From NCBI RefSeq assembly GCF_009914755.1, contig NC_060927.1: 64,000 nt of DNA; one strand, given 5' to 3'. The number at the start of each line of letters is the position of its first letter. Position 1 is the stretch's first letter. The notes beneath the pieces were generated by a model. It made no database searches and was not told the origin of the DNA. It saw only the letters and a program-made list of their open reading frames with translations. Shown here piece after piece: positions 28,641 to 43,115 of the stretch. The position numbers were made by a program, and so were the translations under genes. The DNA comes from the human T2T-CHM13v2.0 reference genome, Homo sapiens.

Positions 28641-31600
28641 AGTTAATTGTCCTCAAGTCAAGTGTGACTTTAGAAACGAGGTTCGGATTGTCTGCTCATT
28701 TGCATAACCTGTTTGCGGCTTTCTCTTATGATAGTTCATTGAAGTATCAATGACTTACTGATATACTGCTCTGTTATATATTAGAATTACTTAGCTTTAG
28801 GCATGTATGTGCAGCAGGGACCCAGAAAGTTATGCTGCATATGTAAGTGTGTATAGATTGCCCATGTTAATTTTTAAAATAAGAGTGTTGTTAATCTTAT
28901 ACTCTAAATTGAAGATGATTAAGGTGAAGGATTTATCTTAATGTATTAAGCTAACAATATTTACTTTAAAAATAAAACAAGTGCACAAACAATAGCCCAT
29001 TTCAAGGTAGCAGGATATTAAAGAGCTTGATTTTTAAAAAGAGAAAATATGTTCATCGAATGATTTGATTTTTCTGTAAGAAATTGTCTTGCCAAACAGT
29101 ATGGAAAAATAAAAGGCATACATCATTTTATTAACAAATAGATACCCGTCCACATAATGAAGTAAGCAACTTTGTGAAACATGAGATAGGAAAAATATTT
29201 TATGGAAAGTTTTTTTAATGATACACTTCTTGTAATCTTAGGATTGCTTATCACTAGATAAGTCCTCTTAGTTGAAAACAGCAGATGAAGAAGTTACTAA
29301 ATCCATCACTAATGAGTGCTTCTTGATATACTCGAACCAACTTGTGAATACACTTCATTTGAGAATCTTTACTGCAGATACTGGAAAAAGCTAAATTAAT
29401 TTCATAATTTATACTTGTAGGACATGGATTGTAGTGCTTTTTGTTTCTTCCACTGTTAAATGGAATAGATGGAATGGCACAAAAATTTACGGACTAATAT
29501 TTTACTGTACAGTTGACTATATATATATACACACACACTTATAAATATTTTTTAACATCAAGTGTACTCCAAGATGGATGATAAGTGGCCATTTGATGAC
29601 AGTAATAGCTTGGATGGGCTCATCTTATTTCAGATCAGGGTAGTGTTATGACAGCTTTTAAATGTTAGTTGAAATACTCATTTTTCTCTCCATTTTTATT
29701 ATTGGGAGGTCTCTATATGTGTCTTACTATTCTGGAGTTTGAATATTAATGTTATTCCTTATTGAACTTGTAGGCTATATTTGATGCATATATATATATA
29801 TTTTTGATGCAGAGTATAAAATTAATTTTCCAAATCTCATAAAACTGAGTAGATATCCTGGCTTTTTAGGCAGCAGGCCTGTTGTAAGTAGAATCCGTAA
29901 TGTGAAATAATTTGTTTTATCGTCGTGCATCCATCTATGACCAAAATGATTTTGTACTTAGGAACTATTTCAATGCAAACTAGATTATACTGACAGATAA
30001 TGTTTGATAATTTGTGGCTCTCAAATCCTTGATTATAAAGTTACCAAGCAGCTTCAGGGACATTGCTTTTGGTTTTAATCTAGTACCTCTGTTGACTTGA
30101 GATGTTCAATTCAATATTACTTAGTTAATAGCTCCAATGGCTTATCCGACTGTTTTATTGTATAGTTAAAAAGGTAAAGTAAATTGGACATAGACATGAC
30201 TCTAGGGCTTGTACATGGCTTCATGTCTTCACCTCTATTCCAAAGTAAGAAGGGAAGTCCTTCTGCATTTTTGCATGAAATTTCTCTATGTTTTAAGGGA
30301 GGAATGGGGTGATTTAAAATTGAGAGGAACACATCAGAAGGAGCTGCAAAGGAATAAAGTGTTTCTTATGGTTAGATATAAAATGCAGGGCTATACATTC
30401 TGAAGATATGGCAGAATTTAGAGAAGCTGACTATGCCAGGCATTTGGCACAGGGGACTAAAGGAGACAGATTTAATGCTTGCCAGAAGGAAACCCTATAT
30501 CAGTGGATAGAAATTTGAGTGCCCTGCAAGCAAGCAATAACAAAAGAAAGAAAGAAAAAAAAATGTAAATAAGGAAGTAGAGGAATGACTGTATTGTGGT
30601 TGGAAGAGATGTGGTTTCATTCTGCAAAGGAAAATTGTGAGTGAATGAAATATATCAAGTGTAAGGACATTGGGACTAATTCAAAAATATTTTGCATAGG
30701 TATTGCTAAGTTACTGTGAAATAATTAAGACATTTGGATCAGTGAAGAGATACAGAGAAAAAGGAGTGCTGTTGGATTTGACTGTACTGGCTGACACACT
30801 TTAACAATGTAATTATCTTAAATGAAGTGGGTATTGTGACACCGTAGTCAGTCTGTCTTATTTCAGTGAGTGTTTCTGGAGTAGTTAATGGGGATATTCC
30901 ATCTAGTTCAGTAGATATTGATAAATATGTATTTATGGAAACTATATAGCAGTTTTTACAGGCTGCCAGTAAATTACCTTGATCCTTCTACCAATGTCTG
31001 TGTTTCTGATCCCCCACTCCTCCCTCCAATGATCTGTATTACCCCAAATAGTCCTAGGAGATGGTGTGAGAAGACTGAGTTTGAGGAGGTTGATTTTATT
31101 AAATCACTTCAACCTTTCAGAGAGTAAATAAGTTCTTACGGTAGGGCGTAATGCCATGCAATACTGAATGACTTCTTGAAATCCTTTCACTTCACTTTTC
31201 CTTTACCAAGCACTTTGTCCAGAGTAATATGTTTAGGTCTTCCAAGCATTTAGATAAATAACCTTGTCTGCTGGACATGGACTCAATGAGTCATACCACT
31301 AATTAAACACGGTCATTTGCAAGAACTTTGCCTCCTCGCTGGTTAGAATTCATTGTATATGTGTGTGCCTTTCAGATGGGTAAAGCTGCTCACACACAGG
31401 CATAATGCTTGACTCCAGGGGTGAAAACAACCACCATCTCTCAGAAGAGAACAAATCATGTGTTCAAACATGGTCTCTGGCATCTTTTTGATGTGTGTGT
31501 TAAGTGTGAATCTGGTAATTTAAGGTGTGTGACTCCTACTCCCATCCAGCTGTCTGGCTTTGTGCTTAGAGAGAAGAATAGCAACAGATTTAGACTGACA

Positions 31601-31823
31601 CAATCCTTCCCTAGAGTCCCCCTCCCCTACCTCTCCCTGCAGGAATCCACAAGGGTATTCGGTTGATTGCTGTTGTTAACCTCTCTTGTAGTATTATATT
31701 TCTTGTTGAAAGTACCTTTTGTGGCATGTGAGTACATTTAAGAGATGTGAAAGGCTTTAAAAATGGCTTTACTTTTAAACTTTCTTACCTAAATTATTAG
31801 GAGGAAAACAGTTTCTTAGGTTA

Positions 31824-31870
31824 ATATGTGTGTGTGTGTGTGTGTGTGTGCACACACGCACATGCACGCA
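31824..31870. repeat. (TG)n-(CA)n compound microsatellite
   Basis: (TG)12 followed by CACACACGCACATGCACGCA. Confidence 0.95.
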
Positions 31871-32400
31871 TCTAGGCTAAGATCTTTGCAAACCTTTAAT
31901 GTTCATCAAGGGCTGTGTCTAAATGATACGTTGATTATAATAGGATTTTTTTTCCAAATCATTTTCGTAATACATGAATAATACTCAGAATGTTCATGTA
32001 AAGTGATAGACTGAACTATTTCACTTGAGAAACATTCTTGATGTTGTACATGACAGTCTTCGGTCGCAAAATAATCTAGAAAATTAGGAACATGTCTGCA
32101 AGTCTGGTTAAGGCTCTGACAGTTCTTCTAATATATCTGTTTTGGTGAACTTTGAGCATCACAGAGTTTTCTCAAGGTATGAAATAAATACCTCTGGTAG
32201 AATGTTTGATAATCTCAGAGTACTCAGAAATTTTTAATAGATATGTTAAAGATAAAAAATATATAACTAGTAAATAAAACATATAGTTTTACAGATAGAA
32301 TTGTTTAGCCCATGGCTAAATGGATAAACCTAAAAGTTTTGATAAGCAATTTTGGAAGCGATTCTTGAATGTAGCAGAACTTGTGATGATGATGTGGAAG

Positions 32401-32878
32401 TATAGGGAAGGTAGAACTTTGCCTGTGGGCCTGAGACTTAAATCTACACAAAACAGACTAATAGAAGAAAATCATACAGATTTTTCACATTTACATGGGA
32501 GCCCCCACAGGAAAATGAAGACCCAAAGAAGTGGCAAAACCTAAGTGCTTCTATATTAGGTTGAACAAAGAGAGGCAATTGTAGGAAAATAACTAAAATA
32601 TATGGGGCAACTAAAGAAAAATATGAGTTATTTTAACAAGATCTGTTTGTACAGAATTCCCTTGGTTTTGACTCCCTGTCTCTAGTGATAAGAATGTTTC
32701 TTTTCTCCTGGTTTAGGGAAGACATCTTTCACATAGGAGTTTTATCTCCTGATGTGACAATGAAAAGGGAAGATCGGCTTGCCCTCCTTGTACCAACTGT
32801 GTTTCAAGTGTCTTTAGCTCAAAATAATCCTTTTGCCAAAGTGGCATATTCTGATAAGGGCTCTTCTGCCATCCCTCA
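32401..32878 (-). mobile_element. MER34-family ERV1 LTR
   Basis: Reverse strand begins TGAGGGATGGCAG...AATATGCCACTTTGGCAAAAGGATTATTTTGAGCTAAAG, matching the MER34 5' end as recalled. Confidence 0.75.
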
Positions 32879-33874
32879 CAAGTGACCTTGCCATAAGTTA
32901 TTTCTTGTGTGTCTAAGGATGACACCCTAGCCAACAAGGAAAATGGTGACATTCAATTATGGAATTTTAGGCCTGGACATGATCTACAGATTGTCTTGTC
33001 TGTTCCTCTACCAGTAGGTCCAGAGGCTTATCCAAGACAGAATGGTCTTCTTGTAGTCTGTCTAGGGATAGAATCTAGAATTTCCAGAGCCCCATATGGG
33101 TGCCCTTCTCTGGCAAGAAAGTCATTCTTGCATTTCTTTTCACATTCTGTACCACGAAGCTAGAACTCTATTGGCAGCCAGATAACCCAGAACCAAAGAC
33201 CTGCAGAAACCAGGCTGAACACACGAAGTGTGAGGTGGACCAGTTGTCAGGCAATAGGGAGTCCACAGGGTCTGTAAAGAACGGTGCATCAGGGTTCCTC
33301 CTAAGTGTTGTGGCCATGTTGGATTGTGGGGCCAGTGTTGCTGTATCTCAAAAATTTTAAATATTGCTGTTTATTTTTAAAATGTGTGAAAGCTAAACGC
33401 ATCTATCGAATTCATAACATCCAGTTTTCAACTTCTATGGTAAGTTATTTGAGGCATCTCTCATTGGTTGCGGGAAAAATATGCGGGTTCACATCATGAA
33501 GTGGCATATACTCTACCTAAGAGAGGGAACCTGTGTTAATGATCCATCTTGGGTACTTCTAGGGAGGAACCTAAGAGAATGAGGTAAAGCATGTAAGGAT
33601 TCCTACAAGGCTTTTTTTAAATCCTAATATGTTTCATTCATTGTCAGTTTATAAGGATCAGATTTAAGAAATCATATTACAGGTATGAGTCTGAAGTTAA
33701 TGACACAGAATTCAATAAATATATTTTGCTATGCCTAAGTAATTCAGGTCAATAGACTATATTGTAGTTACTGATTTTACTAACATATTTAATATTTTTA
33801 TTTCTACTGGGGTGCTAAAGTTGCCAGTCATGATTTACATTACCATAGAAAAAGATAGGTTGGTGATTGCTTCC

Positions 33875-34223
<349 letters not shown>

Positions 34224-35752
34224 TAATTGGGCAAATAGAGGAAATCTGCAAATGAGAGGGATAGAAAAATGGTCTAATTTACACTTTTTTTTAAACCACA
34301 AGATAGAGCCTAAATTCCATTTAATTTTCCACTAGACATTTTGACATTCTATCTGATAAAGGAACAGAGAACACAGTGCTGGGCTGTTTAAGCACAGTCA
34401 TTTTTCTTGCGTACCTGTGCAGATGACAGAATCACCAGGTGGTCCCATCTTGAGGACCACTGGCCTATATTTATTAATTCATTTAACTTATTATTAATTA
34501 AATTCCTGCCATTTACCTCATACTGTTTGTTCTAGAGTTCAGAGATAGAAAATGAACAATATGAACAAACAAACAAAATTACTACCCTTACGAAAGTACG
34601 TGCATTCTAGTATGGTGACAAAAAGGAAAGGCAGTGTTCTCCAAGCCACCCTTTGGATCTGAGGCGCCTTGTCCCTATTTTCACTACTTCTTCTTGCTCT
34701 GTTGGCTGTTTTGCCCAGCTGAACATACTTCTGTGGTATTTAAGTTGATCTCATATAGGCCATATGAAGTGGATGAACAAAAGTTTTTCAGATATTTTTG
34801 TGAACTCAAAATTATGTGGGCCTAGAATAGCTGAGTAATTGAGGCAAACTCTTATTTGTTTGAAGATAGGATTTTGTAATCAGGCCATCCAGCTACTGAA
34901 GCAGGCCTCTGCTTCATTTTGTTTCTGTGAACAAGGGTGGACCTCTACCCATCCCCCCCACCCCCCGCAATAAGTCACTCATTTCTCAGGTGTTTTTGTT
35001 TCTGCCTGCCTTAAATGGTGGAGTTGACCAAATTGACTATTTTGAAACCTATTTATAACTTCTAGATAAGGGTACAGCCATCCCTCCCTAGGACATGGTT
35101 TTAAGTAGAGTTGAATGAATATGTGAGGAAGGAAGCATTTTGAGCTTTTTTGAACAAGTTTTACAACTGCAAAGTGCTATTACTATTAAAGATAATAATT
35201 TAGAAGTAAATATTATAGCAACTAAGTGCAAAAGAGCTCTTAGTGCACTATTTTCATTTCACCGTGTAAAAAGAAAATTGGTAGTAAAATATATAGTGTT
35301 TATCTACTTTGTAATTTCTTTCCCCCAAGTCTATTGACTTTTCTCTCCCTTCGGACTTCCCTTTGGTAACTCAGAAGCTTACCTAAGTTTTGAAGTAGCC
35401 AGCTAGAAGGAGTTACAGAGTAGATGACAGCTTTGTCTTTTTTTCTACTATCAGAGGGCTCAACACTGTGGAGTGATTTGTGGGGGCATCTGACATCATC
35501 AGAGGCGCAAAAGTAATCGTGCTTATCACTAAAGAGAGTTGGCTCTAAGCTTTGGTAAAGTGGTCCTGATCCCGTGTGATCCTAAAAAAAGATGAGAGGA
35601 ATGATCATTACTGTTTGGAGCCTACAGGCTCAATAACCTTCTAACTCTGCTTTTTAATTAAACACAGAGCACTCAGGGGTTTATTTATCCATTATCAGGC
35701 AGGCAAATCCTCTACTGACATCATTAGATTTTATGGCATGTGGCCTGCCTAA

Positions 35753-35755
<3 letters not shown>

Positions 35756-35802
<47 letters not shown>
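35756..35802. repeat. (GT)23 microsatellite
   Basis: Pure GT run. Confidence 0.97.
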
Positions 35803-35805
<3 letters not shown>

Positions 35806-36248
35806 AATTAATATGAAAGATATTACATTACTACCAGTACAATATGCTTTACTTCCATAGTCTAGAAACATGCCTTTTTATGCAAAGTTGCAACATGATT
35901 CAAATTGATGTAGTATTTTAAAGTTAAAGCTCTATACTCAGTATTAACAAGGTGGTTGCATTTTCCACAGAGACTCTAACAAACGATGTAGTCTTAAATA
36001 TCAATTGATTTACAATATCTCTTAGCCTGACATCAATATTAAGGCTTTAGGATAGCTCTCACATGAGAAATCTGATATTTTGAACTTTGGATCATAATTA
36101 ATTTCACAATACAGTATTGTTATCTTGTATTACATATTTTTTCTCATGTTAATTTGACTTACTGGCTATTAATAATAAGAAACGCACTATTTCAATGACC
36201 GAAGAGTGCAAACATTAGGTAGTGATGCTAGTAGAAAAACAGTTTGGA

Positions 36249-36388
36249 CAGTGCTTCTTAAACATTAGTGTGTGGAAATGCAGATTCTGATTCAGTTAGA
36301 CTGACTGGGACTCAAGACTCTGAATTTTTAATTAGCTCCCATATGATGTCAGTCTTGGTGGTCCACAGATAACACTTGAGTAATAAGG
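36249..36388. mobile_element. MER5-family hAT-Charlie fragment
   Basis: CAGTGCTTCTTAAAC..ATGCAGATTCTGATTCAG...TTTTAATTAGCTCCC..TGATG...GGTCCACAGATAACACTTGAGT. Confidence 0.7.
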
Positions 36389-37569
36389 ATAAAGACCATG
36401 TGGAATTCCCTGTTCAGCCCACATGAGATTTCCCAACTGAGGAATTCTTTCTTGAGTGTCTTTTTCTTTCATCTTTGTCTCACTGTATTGTTATTTGAAA
36501 TCAGAAAATAAAAAGTACTAGATTGATAGCTCTGTCCACCTGTCAAGTGAAAAGTTTGCATCTCATTTTGTATTACACTATTTTATGCCCTAAATCTTTG
36601 CTTTCTGTCCTAAATTGATCTGGTACATCTTTGCCTGACATCTGAGTCTTGTAGATAGTTATTTAAAGATATGTGAAGTAAAAGATTGTGAATGTCATGG
36701 CTAGAATAGATGCTATCTCCAGAGTCTAGGAATTGAGGTATGTACTGGAGACAAAACAGACCTGTTCTATATGGAATGTTCTGGAGTATTATGAAAGACA
36801 CTCTTGTTTGTTTCTTTATTTTTCACCCTGTGGCTTATGAAAGTGAAATGTGGGCTTTTCTAATATATGCATTCTCTAGTTTCCTATACACTGTTGATTT
36901 CCCCTTAGTAACATTGCATATTATGTTGCTCCTAGTGGTGACAAATCTCAGGAAAGCAAGAGACCTTAAAAAAAAAAAAACAAAAACTTTTTTCTATTTG
37001 TGACATGATGACAGCTGTCATGGGAATGGGGAAAGATAGAACAGTTTTTCAGAATCCATCAAGTGAAGGTACATTCAATGCTGTAACTTAATGAAAGTTG
37101 CTTTATTGTGACATGAGTCAGAGTCTTTGGTGATGCAAGTGTGGAAGGATCTTTTCTGAAAGATTTATGCCTCAAGTCTGGATTTGAGCTGAAGGGACAT
37201 GACCTTGGCTTTGAACTTGAAAAAGGTTACCCTCTGTAAGAAAGTCCAGAGTCAGTATGAAGAGGTTTTCAGATCAGGAAGGCAACAGAGAGTAAACAAC
37301 ACTGCAGAGTCTCTCTGAAATGTGCAAATATCATGACAAGGAGAGGTCTCCTTAGCTTTATTTACCCAGAATCCTCACGTAAGAGGTAGTCATCTGGGTG
37401 CTTAGAAATCAAAATGAATGACTCACTTTTTCAATTTTCATCAAAATAACCCTTGTTTTGTAAATATACACAAAAAAACTACCCATCATTTGAAATTTCT
37501 ATTGTAAACCCCATTGTGAATGTATTATTGAAAAGATTGGAAAACCTTAAGGGAAATTCTCAACCAAAT

Positions 37570-38109
37570 CTTTTTCTGAACAGCTTTTTTGAGTGGAATA
37601 ATTATGGTATAATTCTTATGTCATACAACTAACACATTTAAATTGTACAATTCAGTGTTTTTAGTGTATTCACAGAATTGTATAACCATCAGCATTATCA
37701 ATTTTAGAATATATTTGTCATCCCAAAATGAAACCCCACCTGTTCACAGTCGCTTCCCATTTCTCCTCAATCCCTCCCTAGACCAACAATAATCTCTTTC
37801 TCTGTGCCTCGTCTGGATGTTTTATATAAATGGAATCATACAATATGTGGTCTCTTGTGACTGGCTTATCTTGCTTGGCATCCTATTTTCAAAGTTTAGC
37901 CATATTGTCGTGTGCATCAGTACTTCATTCCTTTTTATGGCCAAATAATATTTCATCATTTTAGATATACTACATTTTATTTATCCATTCTTTAGTTGAT
38001 GGACATTTAGGTTGTCTAAATATTTTGACTGTTGTGAACAGTGACCCTATGAATAATCTGGAATCGTTTTTGTGTGGACATACACCTAGGAGTGGAATTG
38101 ATGAGTCAG
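37570..38109 (-). mobile_element. L1MB 3' end fragment
   Basis: TGTACAATTCAGTGTTTTTAGTGTATTCACAGAATTG, ATATAAATGGAATCATACAATATGTGGTC and ACACCTAGGAGTGGAATTG. Confidence 0.85.
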
Positions 38110-40953
38110 AACCGAAGATTTTAACCAATATGTTTAAATTTTAGCAACACTGAAATACAGTGGATGTAACTAAAGAGAATATGGAAATGGCTATAAACGA
38201 AAATGCTTCTCAATGAAGAGTTTTACTCATTTGAACAAAGGAACTATCCCTCTTATTTTTTTAGTCTCTATAAAGTAAATGTTCCCAACACTTTTTGTCC
38301 ATCTCCTCTGTCTTCAGTAGTGGCACACTGTCCATGAATTAAGGATATGAATACTAGGCAGGAAGTTAAATTCTGTTCTGCAAAAAAAGAGTATGTCATT
38401 TCTGCTTATTAAGACCATGATAAATGCAACTTGAATAAGAAGAATAATTGTTTAGTTAACACAATAGGAAAAAAAAGTTTAATAGAATACCAGCTCAGCC
38501 TTTTGGAGGCTTAGCATATTTGAATGGCAACATAGAACACTGTAGGGAAACTCTCAACCTGTCTCTAAAATCCAGAGTTTGAAGATGCAGTAAGGTTTTG
38601 AGCTTGTATTTTCTCATCCCTGAAAGTGCCAATTAAGATAATAAAATTTAGAGCCTATCCAAGTTGGAATTAGATCTTCACTGTGTGTGTCACTGAATAT
38701 GACGACCTGGATGAGAACACCTATTAGAGGGGAGGCTCATTTAATGCACTGGAGATAGCTATGGTGTTCATGCAGCATGCACTGTGGAAGGCTGTTTGGA
38801 TTGCATTTGATTACCACTGCTGTGTGTTTGATGTTTTGCAAGTATTCTATGGGGACTGCCTTTTCTTTTTCCAATTGAAAATAGGCTAGAAAAGGGATAT
38901 AAACATGTTAGTGCTCTGAGAAAAAATAAAGATATTAATATATTTCTGCAAAAATTGTCTTTCTTGACCTGAATCATAAAAGGTATTGTGAACATAACAA
39001 CTGACTGGATATTGTTTATATTGTCGGTAAATTTCAGTCAGTTGAAAATATTTTAAAGTCCATATATATCTGTGAAAGGCATAGATGTAAGCTGCATTTA
39101 ATGTGCTCCAAAATCAAACAAGCAAGTATTTTACTTAAAATGTAGGTTATTGGCATACCTTTGTGTGTATGTTACTTCAATGTTGAACACAAGGTGTAAA
39201 AATACAGTATTTTACATTTCTGCAGAATCTTGTCACTACAGTTTTCTTTCATTTGAACTTAACAGATGCCAAGATTTTCCATTTAGTAAGTATTATTACT
39301 AGCAAATATATTATCTGGAACACAATCAGTATCAAATTCTGGCTTTCTAAGAATATTGAAAATGTATATGTAGAGGTGAATATTGCAGATAAACTGAGTA
39401 CTGAAGGAAATGGTTGATTAAATATTATTCAGTTTGCTTTGTAGTATGATGAAACATTTTATATATACATATGTGCTAGCACACACATGCACAAACACAT
39501 GCTTACATTGTCACAGGGAAACAAATACACATTATACCTCCACCCCCATTGCTACTACAAATAAAGGTCTTAACAAGGTAGGTTTCTTATCACACATCTT
39601 ACAGTACATCAGTTAAGACTGAATCAGGGACAGCACAAGACAAAACAGAATCAAAAAGGTAGTGTGACTGCAGTATATACTGTACATTTAGTGAGTTTCT
39701 ATTTATAATCCCGCCCACCCTCCTAACACATTTTACCCATCCCTGGCACTATGGTCCTCCCTATGACTCAGCTCCCAGGCCCTTCATGCGCCCCACAATC
39801 TTTTTTCTCTCCACCTTCTCATTTCTCTGTCTAGATTTATTCTTAGTAAAAACTGAGAATACTCTGTTTCAGAAGTTGTTAGAATTATCAAAGTTAAAAG
39901 AAGGAAAAGAAGCTGGTATTTCTGCAGTGTATCAGGTAGTTTCACCTACATTTTATGGCATATTTAAAGGACAAATTCTTCCCTATGACTAAAATTCTCC
40001 TGCTTGGAAAACAAATACCAAAATCATAGCCATTCCTAGTATCTGTAATTGCTAAAAATCAAAGTTGTCAAAGTTGAAGTTTATGAATGAAGGAAATATA
40101 GTTGTATAAAAGCAAAAAATGTGAAAACTTACATAGTAACTAGGATAAAATAATCCAAGAATAAATTTATTCCAGTCTAAGAAAAAACTTGATTTACCAA
40201 AATACGTATGGGATTTAGGGTAACTATTACATGTAAACCAATCATGTACTTTTTCGAAATGGTGACTGTTGCACACTTTACATTCTTTCTCTTATATTCA
40301 TGAAATATACCACTAATATTTTGATATGAAAATATCTTCCCTGAGGTTTTTTTACTTAATATTTGCATAAATAGGCATACATCCATGCTTGGGAGGCAGG
40401 GTGGGAAAGAAGATTATATTTTACTGAAAAAAATTGTGGGAATCATAGTCTTACAAGTTTACTGGAGCTGCTAACAGAGCAGCATATGTGCAATGAGAAC
40501 CATCCTTGATCATTGGTTTGCTTAGTCGCCGCCCAAATCTCTAGATCTGAATCTTGTTTTCATTGCTGACTTTCTTTATGAACTCAGACACATACCATTA
40601 ACCTCTCTGGACTTTGGATACTTTCTCAGAAAACGTAGAAGACAGATTGATTCTTCTTAAGCCTTGTTCCTGTCCTGGCATTCCTTAAGAATGAGGTTGC
40701 ATCCAGCTGCAGTGTGGGTGCACTTGGGCTTAGTGCTTTTTCTGAGACACTGTGTTGAGCAGAGATCTTAGCCATGCACTGTTGGTGTGAACTCTGGATT
40801 CCTTCTGGTCATTACATGTCCTCTGGCACTGTTTTCCAGCTGAGGGCTGTGACCTCAGAGCCTTGGCCCTGTTTCATCTTTTTATGTGGATGTCCTCTGA
40901 AGTTTTAATTGCTTACACTGTCTTCCTTTTTGCTCCCTGTTCTGTCACCTTAG

Positions 40954-41016
40954 AAGTGGTCGTTAAAAGCTGCCATTTTACTCTTGAGGACTGGCACACC
41001 AAATGAGGGAACAATG

Positions 41017-41070
<54 letters not shown>

Positions 41071-41096
41071 ATTGTTGCTGCGGTTGTTGTGGTTGT
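40954..41096 (+). other. Candidate exon containing ATG + CTG (polyLeu) tract, copy A
   Basis: TTTTAAT..TGTCTTCCTTTTTGCTCCCTGTTCTGTCACCTTAG|AAG acceptor; TGT|GTGAGT donor at 41097. Confidence 0.3.
41021..41095 (+). repeat. (CTG)16 trinucleotide repeat with degenerate TTG tail
   Basis: 16 pure CTG at 41021-41068, then TTA TTG TTG CTG CGG TTG TTG TGG TTG. Confidence 0.97.
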
Positions 41097-42444
41097 GTGA
41101 GTTTAGGTGGCTGTGGAGAAACGTCTTTCAAGATTTAGCATCTGAAACGAGAAGTGTGTTGAGGAGATGGGATTTTCATATCGCCTGTTCTATCTTTGCA
41201 TGCGGTGTAAAAGGTCAAAGCCTTGCTTCATCCGTAAAGCACCTTCTTTACATAATAGCGAGCATTGACTCTGGGCATAGCTTATGTCCCATCCCCTCTT
41301 TTCCTGAGGATTACTTTAAATAGAAATACCTGTCTATTATTTAAATATAATTTTGTCCTCTTTGTGTCTTCTGAGAGCTAGTTGCCCCTAGATGTCTTTC
41401 AGCCTTGCTCTTCAACAAAAATAGAACAAGTTTATTGGTAGCCCTTATGACACATCCCCCACAGTTGGATACTTGATCCTCCGCCTTTTAAATCTGCCCT
41501 CAATTCTTTCTAAAGCCATCTCTTTCTAAAGCAAGAGTTCTGCTTTCCTTTTGTTTTCAGATATATGTCCCTTCCCGATGTCTCCCTTCATTTCTAGGTT
41601 TCAGTTTTCAATGTTCTTTCATTTGGTCATAGACTTTTTCTGTGTTCTTTCTAAAACAATCAGTGTACTTTCAAGTTGTCACTTTTCATTCTCAGCTATG
41701 GGGTGAGGTAAGTAGGTGTTCAGATTTTTATTGATGTCAAGGCCTCCTCTTGTCGCTGAATTGGTTGCATCTTGTTCACAGTACTGAGTAATTATTAATA
41801 TATCAAATCCAAGCTCATATGTTGATTGGACTGCCTCCTTTCCCCATGGATGTTGTAGTCTTGATTCTTTGTTGTATTTCAGAAAGGAAACCTCTAAAAT
41901 TTTATTATTTTACATTTGAAATTGTTATTTCTATTTTATTGGAATTGGATTTTGATTGTGTATTATCTCATATGTGGAGAAATCAGGAATATCAACCATG
42001 TTATGCTACACTGATGATCAGTCAATGCATTGGCCCATAAAATGAACACAGTTATACACCAGAGATCAAATCATTCCCATTAAAACAACTAGATGCTAAA
42101 ATAGCACTGATATTAGGAAAACCATGCTATGACATTAAAATAATTCAATCCAAGGTGAAACCGAAACTGATTTGTCTGAGATTGTACTACTTTACTGACC
42201 CATTTTATTAAACGTAATTTTTTAAAAGCACTTTTAGGAGGTAGATAGTATAGTGCATTATTGAGATTATAGGTGGTGGCTAAAGCCCTGTAAGTATATT
42301 ACTGAAACAAATTTTTTCAATTCTCTGGTAGAATATGAACCAAGGTTTTTTTCAATATTAGCCTTTAAAAAACTCTTAATACTCCATAATTAGCCTACAA
42401 TATAATAATTTGTTTCCACCTTTAGTATGACAAGCTATTTCTTG

Positions 42445-43115
42445 ATTTTTTTCACTGAGACATAATTATATATATTTATGAAGTACATAGTATTGTCTCA
42501 ATGCATCCAATATATAGTGATTAAGTTAGGTTAATGAGCATATCCTGTCACCTCAACATTCATCATTTCTTTGTGTTGAGAACATTCAAAATCCTCTCTT
42601 CTAGCTTTCTGAAAATATATAATAAATTATTGTTAGCTATGGTACTCGTACAGTGCTATGGAACAGTACAACTGATTTATCCTATCTGCCTAGAATTTTG
42701 TATCCTTTAATGAATTTCTCCCTATCTTTGCTCTCCCCACTCTTCCCAGCCTCTAAAAGCCACTACTCTACTCTCTACTTCTCGGAGATCAACTTTTCTT
42801 AGCTTCTACACAGGAGTGAGAAGATGAAATATTTATCATTCTGTGCCTGGCTTATTTGACTTAACATAAAGTCCTCTGGAGTCATCCATGTTGCCCCACG
42901 TGAGAGGATATTACTATTTTTTATGGCTGAATAGTATTCCATTATGTATATATACGTATTTTCTTCATCCATTCATCTGTTGATGGATACTTACATTGAT
43001 TCCATACCTTGGCTATTGTGAATATTGCTGCAACAAATATGGTAGTGCAGACATGTCTTTATAATACTGATTTACTTTCCTTCAGATATATACCCAGTCA
43101 TGGTATTGCTAGATA
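42445..43115 (-). mobile_element. L1MA 3' end fragment
   Basis: CATTTCTTTGTGTTGAGAACATTCAAAATCCTCTCTTCTAGC, CTGTGCCTGGCTTATTT and TTTATGGCTGAATAGTATTCCATT. Confidence 0.88.

Larger units (their letters stand above)
39810..41940 (+). repeat. Local segmental duplication, copy A
   Basis: Colinear with 45720-49390. Near-identical in 40655-41229 and progressively more diverged outward. Outer limits are approximate. Confidence 0.92.

Noticed and set aside
28358-28753. 131-aa Phe/Pro/Ser/Leu-rich ORF
   Set aside because: An artefact of the CT-rich low-complexity tract, which lacks stop codons.
41021-41068. Identification as a known disease CTG locus (TCF4 CTG18.1, DMPK, ATXN8OS, JPH3)
   Set aside because: The flanks do not match what I recall for those loci, so no gene symbol is assigned.
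41021-41095. Minus-strand polyglutamine coding exon (CAA/CAG/CCG mix)
   Set aside because: The Gln frame contains an in-frame TAA within the tract in both copies.
41003-41323. 106-aa ORF (and its 102-aa twin at 48430-48738) as a real single-exon protein gene
   Set aside because: The shared ORF is explained by DNA-level identity. Differences between copies are mostly amino-acid changing (T/M, G/S, S/A, H/D, S/R, S/T, P/L), Kozak context is weak and there is no recognisable domain.
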